A stretch of 64,000 bases of DNA from Minutocellus sp. GHC0000111. Lineage: Eukaryota. Where the stretch lies: NCBI GenBank assembly GCA_977018835.1, contig OZ361258.1, forward strand, positions 1,364,001-1,428,000, in the 5' to 3' direction. The notes below the pieces were generated by a model, which searched no databases, was not told where the DNA came from, and was given only the letters and a program-made list of their open reading frames with translations. Of this stretch, positions 22,182 through 33,050 are shown piece by piece (position 1 is the first letter of the stretch; each line of letters begins with the position of its first letter). The translations under genes and the position numbers were made by a program.

Positions 22182-23981
22182 TGCCACGATCGCGACGACG
22201 AAACAAACATCGCTGATGAGGTGTCAGTGCCGCCAACACCGCCAGGACCACCAAGGGCCACCAACTCTCCCATTTGGGATGCCACCATCGGAGCAGCGAG
22301 GTGTTCCTCTCCCGAGGCTGAATCCGATCGCGTTCCCCATCTGCTGTCGCCTGCCTCACCGTCGCAGTCCAGCACCAGCAGCGAGGTCGTGTCAATCGAT
22401 GCCGCACCGCCCACCCCCGAGCCAACACTGCAAGCATCGATAATGACAATGACGATAATGATGATGATAGTAATTTCAACAAGGACGTTGAACTAGGAGC
22501 GCCGGTCGTGTCGTTTGAAGAAGATGTGAACAACGACTACGGCTCTAACACAGCGCCAACAACAACAACAACAATACATACTCCTCCGCCCCGCACGAAG
22601 CCATCACTGACCGTCAATACTTGCGATGTTTGGGAGGACCATTCTGGTGAAAAGACAAGCAGCAACAAAGCCAGGACATTTCACCTCAACACTCCCTCGA
22701 CAGTTGCCACCACACCCACAAGCCCTTCTGATTCTGTCTACACCATCGAGCACAAACACACGTACAAGCGATCGAAGCAATCCAAGGCGATCGCATTTTC
22801 CAAGCCCGTAATTGCCGTTGCTGGCATAGTCGTAGTGGCATTGACGGGCGGCGGGGCATACCTACTGTCGGAATGGTTTACAATCCCTGGGCTCACGGCC
22901 CAAATAGAGGAGCTGCAGACGCAGGTGAAGCTGCTGACGGCACAGGTCGATCGTCTCGAGGAAGAAAATGTCAAGTTTTCTAAGCTGAATGACCGCCTTG
23001 AAGAGGAGAATACCGTCTTTGCGTCAGAGATTGTATAGTTCAACAACACAAATGCTTTGTATGCCGAGCTGAATGTGGAATTGGCGGATATTAGCGCCGA
23101 CAACATTCGTTTGAATAAGATGCTCAATGCTTCGAATATTCGCTACCAAGAGCTGAACATACAACTGGATGAGACTACGAATGACCTTCAAACACAGGTC
23201 AATGCTCTTTCGATGGAAAACGAAAGGCTCGATGTAACGGTGGCCTTGTACGCAAAGGAAAATCTAATCCTTGGGGACAACGTGGATAGACTGGAAAGCA
23301 CAAATGAAGAACTTGCATTCAAGGTACAAAATCTCAACTCAACGGCCATGATATTGACGAGAGAAAACAATCGCCTATCGTTGCTCAACGATGACTTAAA
23401 GGTCATTGCATCGTTTCTCAACGAAACGACCGGAACACTCAAGGACAGTTACGAAGATGTAGCGGCATTTTTTTGCTAGGCAGATTGACGCCGGAAGGGC
23501 GATATGGACGAAGACAACGCAGAATCTATACCGTGCAAGGACAAATAACATGGTTTGTGACATCCAATCTCGATTCTCAGGACAGCCATTCGTGATCGAC
23601 CCAACGGCAGCCATTGGCGGCACTCATTATGATGAAGTCATTGCATACGTAGAAGAAACCATGTTGAGTGAGCTTTGTATCAGAAGAGATCACTTTGAGG
23701 CGTTCCTACTTGGTGAATCTACGGAGATGACTTCTTCAGATATTACTTTCAATGATTTGTTGAGAAGTCTGACAAGATACAACATGATGGTCTTTGATTA
23801 CTACTTTCCTCGCGATGTATCTCTGATAGACAGCGGGGAGGCCTTGAGCACTGATGACTGGGCAGCGGCCAACTATCAGCGCGAAGAATTACCCTTGTCC
23901 AAGCGCTTTGTTTGGCCGTCGGTGGTTCCACAGCCCAAATCTGAGCATCGGAACGGCAATGTGTTCATGAATGACCCATAG
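22182..23981 (+). pseudogene. Disrupted single-TM coiled-coil protein gene
   Basis: Consecutive ORFs 22221, 22508, 23057 and 23550 join through a frameshift at ~22415, an in-frame TAG at 23036-23038 and a poly-T frameshift at ~23470; TM VIAVAGIVVVALTGGGAYLL followed by heptads. Confidence 0.7.
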
Positions 23982-24082
23982 AACAGCATCAATTGGCATT
24001 CCACTAAGCATGTACTCGTACTGTATGTAAAAATAAGACTGTATGTAAAAATTACACCACGTGATATACTAGTATCCATTTT

Positions 24083-24557
24083 TTACACTTGAACAAACAA
24101 CGATTGCATTTTATAGACCACGCTCAATGGCACGGATGAGAATTGCCTCAGCAGTTGCCTCGACTCTCCACCGGATAATTCAACCTGCTTCTTGAGAGCA
24201 CGAGCAGCCGTTGCATAGGTATCTTGATCAGATTGCATTGTTCGAACAGCATTGGCAATCTCGTTGCGATACGATACCACAGCTTCAATTCCCGAGACTG
24301 TTGGCATGTCCACCTTGATTCCAACTCCAAGAGAAACTAATTTTGCAGCATTGACAGGTTGGTCACTGAGAGTTGGGCACACAAACATCGGGATGCCAAA
24401 TCAAGGTCCCTTGGCCAAATCTTAGGCCTTCCATTATTGAATTTTGCCCTCCATGCTGGACGAAGCAGTCGGCAGAGTCCATGCATCGAAGGATGTCCAC
24501 TTGAGGCACAGAAGCTCGACAAATTGCATTCGGTGGCAGATCGATAGGAAGTCTCAT
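24083..24557 (-). pseudogene. UDP-glycosyltransferase (GT1) C-terminal fragment
   Basis: PSPG-type box VPQVDIL...FVQHGGQNSIMEGL /fs/ PMFVCPTLSDQPVNAAKLVSLGVG; 5' part absent. Confidence 0.8.
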
Positions 24558-24706
24558 TGCTGGTCTTTTGGGCCGTGGAGCTTAGGGGTAGATCATTTTA
24601 CGTTTTTGACAACAATAAAGGGGAGAGAAATTGACAAGAAAGAAAGTAGCGGGGAGAAAATCCATTTTCTGAGGGAGCACTTTTCGCCACGCCACGGGCG
24701 CCGACC

Positions 24707-25721
24707 ATGAACGCCGTTTGGAGTACCGCCGCTCTGGCTCTGGTGCTGGTATCCGGGAGCCAGACCCACCTCGCAACGGGCGCTGCTGTTAGTGATAATA
24801 ATGTCGGAGATCGCATCAAGGTGGAACTGTATTATGAGTCGCAATGTCCCGGCTGCCGACAGGTGAATAAAGATATGTTGGATTCCGTGACGTGACGTGC
24901 TGCCTTCGTTGTTGAGAGGGTGTTCGGGCAATGAAAGATGCTGAGTTTGATATTGCCCTCTTATTATAATATACAAATATTCTCGAGAGGTTGTTGTCTT
25001 ACAAAGCTTCATTGTAATCCTGCGTACGACGTAACCCCCATTTTAACTGCAGGTCCTGACCACGAGCTTCAAGGAAGCGTTCGCTGCCGAAGGATTTCTC
25101 AAGATGGCCGACGTCACTCTCGTTCCATTCGGCAACGCGGAGGAAACTCCCAGCAACGACCCGGTCCTGCCGTACGATTTTGTTTGTCAGCACGGACCGT
25201 CGGAATGTCGCTACAACGCCGTCGAAGCCTGCGCCTTGTCCAAGATTGGCTGCCCGTACAAGGCCTTCAATTACATCAATTGCATCGAGAATTATGACGA
25301 GGATCGGACACCCGATCAGAACTATGGGCTGGTTGTCGGGGCATGTGCGGCCTTGACGGGTGTGGCTGACCTGGCGGCCGACATTGATGAATGTTCGACG
25401 GGCACCGAGGGCAATGGACTGGTTCATGAGAATGCTGTCAAGACCGCCAAGCTCGATCCCAAACACACTTATGTGCCTTGGATTGTCGTCGGTGGGGAGC
25501 ACGATGATGATACTCAGGATGCCATCAGTGAGAGTCTGCTCAAATATGTGTGCGAGAACTACCATGGTCCGGACAAGAGCGTAGCGTGCGAGGCATTTGA
25601 GGAGATGAAGGGTGCCATTCGAGGGGGAGATGCAATGGCTTCGAGGAAGGCTAATAAAAGTCGCTGTATGGCGAAGGAGGATGTCGATTCCAATATAGAA
25701 CTAGCAAAGGCGATGGAGTAA
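24707..25721 (+). CDS. GILT (gamma-interferon-inducible lysosomal thiol reductase) family; intron 24863-25052
   Basis: Signal peptide, VELYYESQCPGC active-site CxxC, CQHGPSECRYN signature, YVPWIVV; in-frame GT..AG intron. Confidence 0.92.
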
Positions 25722-26004
25722 ATTTTTTGCGACATATACATACAGGATCTACCGTGCCAGCGTGCCAATATTCGATCCAAAAGAAGTAGGAACAATAATT
25801 TCATAATAATAGGTTTTTCACTACTTGATAGTACGTACAAAATGCAATCACGTGTCTACAAAACTTTCTCTCTTTCTGTATGTTCGGTATGTACATATGT
25901 TTTTGTTGGTTCTTGTTCAATCGCCTGTGCTCGTTTTAGTTCTTAGTCACGCCTGCTTGGGCACCCAGCTAGTGCGACGTGTTGGTGAGGGGCGGCTGGG
26001 CGTA

Positions 26005-26883
26005 CTACTTTCTCGTAATGGCGAAGAGAGAAGAGTTGGAGGACGATCGTCGGCTGCTCTTCTCAATCTCAATGGACAGCTTCCTCTGCGACTTGGTGGC
26101 CTGATCGTGCAAGACCTGCTTGAGGGACTCATGGTCCAGACCAGAACTGACGCTGGCCTCCCGCCAGTCGGTCTCACAAGCCTTTTGGAGGAACTTGACC
26201 AGCTTGTACGGGGCGTCAGTCTCAATGGCGCGTTCCAGGGCCGTGCACCCGTCCTCGTCTTCGACGTTGACGGTCTGCTTGGGCGAGTGAGCAAAGAGGA
26301 CCCGGGTGATCTCGCGCATGCAGCCGATCTTGTCTCCCCGGCTCTTGATGGTGTCATGAGCGTCGGCGTAGTATCGGCATAAGTAGTGGAAGGGAGTTTG
26401 ATTGGCCAGATCGAGTGCACCGGCAGCTGATGGGTATTTGGCACAAATGTAGCGAACAGTCTGTGGATCGCAACCATGTCGGATGGCCGTGTGAAGGACG
26501 GTTCTACCGGCGCTGTCTACTTTTGTGATATATTCTGCGTTGGCCATGTGTATGTGCTTGACGATGTCAAAGGGTGGATAGAATCGGCAGGCATAATGCA
26601 GAGCATTGTCGTGGATATCGATTGCGCTGTTATCGTCGCTGGGATAGGAGCAAGCTTGGACGATAAATCTTGCATTTGGATCAGACAGCATCTCACGAGC
26701 CGCACCCCATTCACCAAAGGAAATGAGGTCGGAAAGTTGAGGTCCGGCTGAAGTAGACTTATTTCTTCGCCTACTTTTCTGGTTGTGGTCTTCGTCTCTG
26801 TTGTACTCGAAGCTGGCGGCTGCGCTGCTGCCATCTTCCGACGATGATCGGGCACGGCGGAGATACTTGGAAAGGGAGGGCAT
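26005..26883 (-). CDS. Ankyrin-repeat protein
   Basis: NALHYAC, DSAGRTVLHTAI, NQTPFHYLC, DEDGCTALERAI. Confidence 0.85.
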   Translation of the reverse strand: MPSLSKYLRRARSSSEDGSSAAASFEYNRDEDHNQKSRRRNKSTSAGPQLSDLISFGEWGAAREMLSDPNARFIVQACSYPSDDNSAIDIHDNALHYACRFYPPFDIVKHIHMANAEYITKVDSAGRTVLHTAIRHGCDPQTVRYICAKYPSAAGALDLANQTPFHYLCRYYADAHDTIKSRGDKIGCMREITRVLFAHSPKQTVNVEDEDGCTALERAIETDAPYKLVKFLQKACETDWREASVSSGLDHESLKQVLHDQATKSQRKLSIEIEKSSRRSSSNSSLFAITRK

Positions 26884-27170
26884 CGTTGGTTTGCTTGTAT
26901 TGGAGGTGGAGAGGAATGGCTGTGGCCAGCGTTTTGTAATAAATCCCTACATTGATCACCCATTGTCACCCATTTGTCACTTTTCATCGCACAAAAGCAA
27001 CAATTGCCAGCGCCACCTCACAATGCTTTGCGCCACCTCACAACTCCCACCGGATGCCATCTCAAATTTCAGAAACTTTCACTTTTTCACTTTCTTCTTG
27101 ACGATTTTTGATCACGCTACGTAGCAAAGCAAAATAAGATATAATGAAGCGCTGCTCTTCTCAAACGGCA

Positions 27171-27414
27171 AAAAGACTGCTCAGCGAAAGCCACGTCAAC
27201 GACAACACATTGGCCCTTCCGGCAGTTGCGAGGCCAACACAGGCTGCCCAATGGCCCCTTTCCATTCTGCACGAAAATGTCCTAAGAAGAGAGCTGCAAA
27301 GAGCTAGGAATTCCTACATGTACACATGTATTCTCGACTCGAAAAGCCTGCTGAAAAGAAAGACTGCTCAGCAAAGCCACGTCAACAACAATCACAATAG
27401 CCCCTTCCGGCAGC
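27171..27414 (+). repeat. Imperfect direct repeat of ~55 bp, copies ~190 bp apart
   Basis: AAAGACTGCTCAGC(G)AAAGCCACGTCAAC...CCCTTCCGGCAG at ~27172 and ~27359. Confidence 0.8.
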
Positions 27415-27579
27415 CCACAAAAGTCAATGCCAGGCCAGGCACAAAGCAGTGACCATCGCATGCGCATCCGCTCCCGCCGCTCGACCACTCAAGCTCAAAG
27501 CACATTCCCCGAGCCGATTCATACATGCACATAATGCTTTGAGATGCATTCTAATAGCAGCTACACGTACTGCAATACC

Positions 27580-28284
27580 ATGAACAACCGTCCTCGATCT
27601 CCGCCGCTACATGCAGCCTCTACTCTCCCAAACTGCTTGTCGTCATCTCGAATCGAACCCCCATGCACACCCTTCTCGACTTTGCAAGTTTCTCTGCCGT
27701 CGTCTTCAACGGCCTACTCTTCTTCAACAGGTCTCCTGAGGAAGAGTCAACCCCTTCTGTCTCACCAGGCAACGTCGACGGCATCTGTACAGAAAGACCT
27801 CACCCCTTCTTGTGATCCCACGAAAACCTCCAACGAGAGAATTATTCCAAGAGAAGTACGCTTCAACCCGGCAGTACGAGGCAAAGTCTTCGAGTACACC
27901 CAACAAGAACTTCAAGATAAGTGGCACCCCGAGACACAATTCGGCCACTTTGAAGAACAAATGAGAGCCGACGTCAAGCTGGTGCGACTACTTCTCAAGA
28001 AGCAGGAGCGAGAGCCTCTCGACGCCCTCGAGGAAGCGGCGCTGGAAGCCACCCCAACCCGAGGGATTGAACAATTCCTTTCCAAGCGAACGTTCGTCGA
28101 TCGCACCGCTAAACAACAGGCCGTCGTCCACAGCGTCTTGGCTGCGCAACACCGTCGGTTATCTGCCGATCACATATCAGTCCTATCATCCAACCTCTCC
28201 CACGAGGCTCGGGAACGAGCCTTGAGGAATGGCCTTTTTGATGCCACAGAGGCAGCCAACTGTCATCTGTCTGGATTGGTTTAG
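27580..28284 (+). CDS. Hypothetical protein (Ser-rich N-terminus; VRF..W..RGIE type domain)
   Basis: 234-aa ORF with coding-like composition. Confidence 0.65.
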   Translation: MNNRPRSPPLHAASTLPNCLSSSRIEPPCTPFSTLQVSLPSSSTAYSSSTGLLRKSQPLLSHQATSTASVQKDLTPSCDPTKTSNERIIPREVRFNPAVRGKVFEYTQQELQDKWHPETQFGHFEEQMRADVKLVRLLLKKQEREPLDALEEAALEATPTRGIEQFLSKRTFVDRTAKQQAVVHSVLAAQHRRLSADHISVLSSNLSHEARERALRNGLFDATEAANCHLSGLV

Positions 28285-28379
28285 CATGGCAGAGTAGCCA
28301 GTTTTGAATTTTGTTAGAAACATGTAGCATCACAATGATGTCCTACACTGCAATGATGAGCATTTTACAACACCAATTC

Positions 28380-29170
28380 ACCGAACGAATTCTAGATTTA
28401 GATCAACATCATCATACGAGTTATGTCTAGATCTACTTCATGTATAGATCTACTAGACTCTAGATCTAGCTAGCTAGGCCCACATTTGCGATCGATTTAT
28501 TTTAGGAGCGAGCATGTATGTGTGACAATTTTCTAGATCTACATGCTACATGTACTAGATCTAGAAACTGTTTATCGAATCGACATAGATCTAGTCTAAT
28601 CAGGCGATGAAAAGGGAAGAAAGTAAAATAAATAAGGAAAGGCGGCCGCAAATTACTCATGACACCGTTCAGGTCCGCTTCTAACGCTCTACATGTGAAG
28701 CCTTAAATTGCTCGTAGTACCGGTAACCATGTTCTCGAGCGAGCATGTACACATGTGTAGCTTGCTGCTTGCTGCCGGTAGTCTAGATCTAGCTACAGTC
28801 GGACTGTAGTTAGTAGAACGGTTTCCATTGCATGCGCATCGATGGCTATGTTCACAGTAGATCTTCGTACATTACTTAGAGCTACAATGCCACTTTGCCC
28901 GACTTTGGGCTGCGAGTGCGAAAGTAAGCACAGGTGATACACGGCAATGGGTGATCAAGACTTGCAAAAAGCGAAGCTTTTTTTCACTAAATAGAAATCT
29001 ACATCATACACATAAAGGGTGGGAGTACTCTACTACTAGGCCTACTACTACTAGAGATCTACTAGATCTACTACTACTACAATCCTTTTTTTTGATAAAC
29101 AAAGAAATACTAAAATAGTACAGTCGCCATCGCTTGGGTAGCAGGGAATCCAGTACCCTAGCTAGCTAGC
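28380..29170. repeat. Low-complexity TAGATCTA / CTAG / CTA-rich intergenic tract
   Basis: Dense tagatct, ctagctag, catgta and (cta)n words; no ORFs in the track. Confidence 0.55.
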
Positions 29171-29300
29171 GATGACCTCTAAGGGCCCCGAATGCCCACC
29201 GATGCTACATGTATGCATCAAACCCTGTACAACTACTACAATCCTGCACTGGCACTGCTACTAATCGTGCTGACAGCACAGCAGGTGGGAACAAATCATC

Positions 29301-30245
29301 TCACACAATGCTTGGGGTGGTGACAGAAGAGGCGTCACCATCGCCTGACGGCCCTTGATTATTATCGGCAGCCGACGTCGTCGAGGCCGTTGAGGCCACC
29401 ATATTCACCATTTCCGCGGCAGCCTCAACCGTGGCCCCGCCAACATTGCTCGACTTGCGCAGCTCTCGCAGCTCATCGCGAATCTCTCTCAGTAACAGAG
29501 ATATGCTCTCCCCCTCCTGAGAAGGGCTTGTTTGGTCGGGCTTGTCATTATTCTCGCCACCGCGATGCATCGACTCGGCGAGGATGGGTTGGTGATGGCT
29601 GAGACTTTTTGCAGTATGGCGCTTCATGGCCCACACGAGCTTCTTGAATCCCGCTGGATCTTTCAAGCCAGTGATCTTGAGCTCCTTATGATTGCCCGGC
29701 CCACCGGAACTGGCCGTATCGATGATCACCGTCGTCAAAACATTCGGGATGCAGAGACAGGTGTTTCCAGCTGGCTCCTCGATATCACAGTCGGTTATCT
29801 TGTCGTATGGCACCGTCTTGCTGCTCCGTCCGGCATCGGTGCACGACAGGCCCCAGCACGTCTTGCGTCTGTCGCGGACGAAGCGGATGCCATCCCGGGT
29901 GAGGGCGACGTGCTGCGACCGCGCGGACCACTCCACATTCTTCCGCAGGAAACAGGGGGTGCAACCCAGCACGGCCAGGCCGAATATGGGCGGGTACAAA
30001 CAAAAGGCGGCGAGGGAGGCGAATCCAACCTTGGTGTTGAAATCTTCCATGGTGGCGTAGTCGAAATCAAACACGGCGATGATTTCGGAGGATTCCTCCA
30101 GATCGAAGAAGTCATCGTCCCAGGCCTTGTTTCGGGCCTCGGGGGGGAGATCAAGATGGGTAGATGAAGCTTCCGGTGGAGTGCCGCTGAGCAGAGGAGC
30201 GTCGCTCACGGCAGTAGCGGTCGGGAGAGAGGTGTATTTCGTCAT
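29301..30245 (-). CDS. Membrane protein with a PH-like (bPH_2/DUF304-like) domain
   Basis: Hydrophobic hairpin followed by HVALTRDGIRF...KTVPYDKITDCDIEEP...IDTAS...ELKITGLKDPAGFK. Confidence 0.7.
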   Translation of the reverse strand: MTKYTSLPTATAVSDAPLLSGTPPEASSTHLDLPPEARNKAWDDDFFDLEESSEIIAVFDFDYATMEDFNTKVGFASLAAFCLYPPIFGLAVLGCTPCFLRKNVEWSARSQHVALTRDGIRFVRDRRKTCWGLSCTDAGRSSKTVPYDKITDCDIEEPAGNTCLCIPNVLTTVIIDTASSGGPGNHKELKITGLKDPAGFKKLVWAMKRHTAKSLSHHQPILAESMHRGGENNDKPDQTSPSQEGESISLLLREIRDELRELRKSSNVGGATVEAAAEMVNMVASTASTTSAADNNQGPSGDGDASSVTTPSIV

Positions 30246-30891
30246 CTTCGGATAAAGTTATAATAAGCACGGAAATTATGCTCCACTTCCAAATATTCTG
30301 GGCAATCCCCTACAAACGATGACATTTCTACGTGCACTACCAACGGATAATTTTTCACTAACAAGCACTGCATAAAAAACCATCCCGACGCCTCTCGACC
30401 ATGGGGGACGCCGCCGCTCCGCCGCGCCACCACCGTCGCTAACACCGCCTATCAAGGCAATATACGCAAAGTAAATACCTACTGAGTGGCCATGGGCGAG
30501 CGGTTGCATTTTTTTTGGCCCAGCACATGATGAAATATTATGTTCCAACATGAGCTCGTCGGCGGCCGTCGTCGGCTCCGTTGCAAATACCGCCGCCGAC
30601 TTCTTGGGTGGTTGGACCGATGGGCGGTCGCCAACAATTTGATCTGAGGGTTGAAATGTGCCACAGGGATGCATGTGGGTGGTCTCCGGCCATGGGGGGG
30701 CTCGGAACAACACCGGAGCGTTTCCTTTCGTCGGATAGAGCTGACGTTGTGTTCTTTGTCGGACGTCGGACCGCACCGGTCGGGTGTGTAATGGCCACCC
30801 AAGACAGCCATATCAGCCCCATTGATGTCACTAGCAGCGGATTTTGGACGGAGGTATGTATATGTATCCATTTGTTGTGTATGTGCAATTT

Positions 30892-32517
30892 TTACAGTTC
30901 GAAATTAACTGGAGTTTTGGCCCTAAATGACTTCTTGTCATTCTCCAATTCCTTCAGCATTTTGATCCGGTCCCTGCATCCAGCTGGGATGTTGGCAGGA
31001 TCAGCCCCCCGATGCACCAATTCGGCCTGCAGAAGGTCCATGTGCTCTGGTATTGTCGCTCTCAAGACTTTGTATGGTATCCTGCCAACTACCAGGTACG
31101 TCCGATCAACCCCACGTTCCCTCTGCCTCTTATTCGGTGCCCTTTCCAACAGATGCTTCCGACGGAACTCGTTGGCTTGCGCTGTTGCCCGTGCCACATC
31201 TGATCTATTTTCATTCTTCGTTTTTAATGCATCCTTCAGCTTCTTCTGCTTCACAAGGACGCCGCGTATCCGATTGAGGTTTTGGCACCGTTCCTTGGCG
31301 TTATTGAGCTGGACAATAGTCCGTGGCTCACCTCGCATTGTCTGCCGGATCTTCTTTTTCGGATTTTCTGGTCCTCCGGATTGCGTCTGTCGTTGGCCTT
31401 GCATCCCGGCAGTAACAGATGCATTGGCATGGAGAATACGGCCTTCCCTCGTCTTGTTGGCTTCCCGGTTGATGAACGATGTATTTGTTGATCTTTGGAT
31501 GATGTAGTCTGACCTCTTGACCTCGCCTCGATTGGTCGACGACACAAGGGAGCACTCTCGTACTTGCGCTTCAACACGGTGAGTTGACGAGGCCAGTGGA
31601 AGGATGGATGTTTGTGCATCAGCCTTCATTGCTTGCACCGATGGGATCGTAGATAACCACAAGTCTTGACCGTCGGCGATATAATTTGATGTTGCATTCC
31701 AATTGTCAATCACAAATTTTCTTCCTTTGACCTCGTCAACATTGACGTTAGCATCCTCAACCAAATAAGACATCATGTCGCCCAAATCAATAGCACAGCC
31801 ATGCGTCGCCGAATCATAGGTCCCTTCTACCGGTAATCCAGCCAAGGAACGAGCAAGGGCGGTTGCAGACTCCTTCTCGCCTGCCAGACCACAATGTAGG
31901 AGGTCACCTACCCATCGAGAGAAGTGTTTCTTGGCCATCTTTATGGCCACTTCAAAGAACATCTTGATCTCAGCTTTGATCTCATTGTAAGCATATGCCT
32001 CCGATGATCGTCGGAAAAAGCCTTCATCTGTTATAACATCTTCTGCATTTGCATCACCGGTGACATTGGTCTCATCTTGTTCTTCCACTCCATCTCCTTC
32101 TCCGATATTGTCTGTGGTGTTGGAAGCTTCGACCGCGACCGCGGTGGCAGCCTCTGCCGCTCGAGCTTGCCTCCGGGCTTCCTCGGCGGCCCTTTGATCT
32201 TGCATGATCTGGCCAAGGGTGGACAGTGTACGTGATCGGGCAGATCGGCGGCCAACAGGCTGTTGAACCTCGGTGGAGGTGTTTGCGCCTGCTTCAGGCG
32301 CGGTGGGAGCCTCGGCTGAAGGCGGCGGTGGTGGAGCCAGCTCTTTGATGGCGGCGACGTACTCTTGAAATTCCGGCATCGTCTCCCACTCCTTTGACAT
32401 TTTGATGAGATCTCTGACAATTATGTACGATCGGACAGGCATGTCTCTTGCCCTATATCCAAAGTCACCAGCAACATCGTCATGATCCTGCAGCCATTCC
32501 AAGAAAGCGTCGATCAA
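30892..32517 (-). mobile_element. 5'-truncated ORF, probably a DNA transposase C-terminal part
   Basis: 541-aa open frame without an ATG start, cut at ~32518; LPLASSTHRVEAQVRECS resembles transposase C-terminal (S/T)xxxER-type motifs; lies in a TE cluster. Confidence 0.5.
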
Positions 32518-33050
32518 ACCGGGCGCGTCATTAACTCACGTCGACACGTCAAAAAGACAGCAAATTTCCATATTTTTACATCAGTGTTGCATCAAGAAGA
32601 AACGTTTTCGAAGTGACTTTTTAATTTACCGAGAGCTTTATTTTCGACCTATCCCATGCCGAGGGGTCGTCCTAACTATGTTTGATGAGATGTGATAGGA
32701 TAGTCCGCTACTGTTCTTCCTCAAAAATTAAACGGAGGGGTCAAAGTTTCATGCAGGCGAAGCTAGTAAAAAAATGGTCTGTCCATCGTCAGATAGAAAC
32801 GCACAGTTGCCCAGCGGCAGAGTCCTGGACCGCCAGTGCCGGTTTTGGCTTCATCGCCAGTGCCGTTTTGGCTTCTCTTTGCTGTGTTTTTGCTAACATA
32901 AGAGGCAGTCCAAACAAGAGAGTTTTTGAGGGAAGCGAAAAACAGCCACGTCAGAAAACTTCCTTGGAAACTCGAGAGGAAAAAGCCCGGCGATCGAGGC
33001 CCAAACGAAAAAGAGGCAAGGATAAAAAACGAAGTGCTTGGCCAGACACT

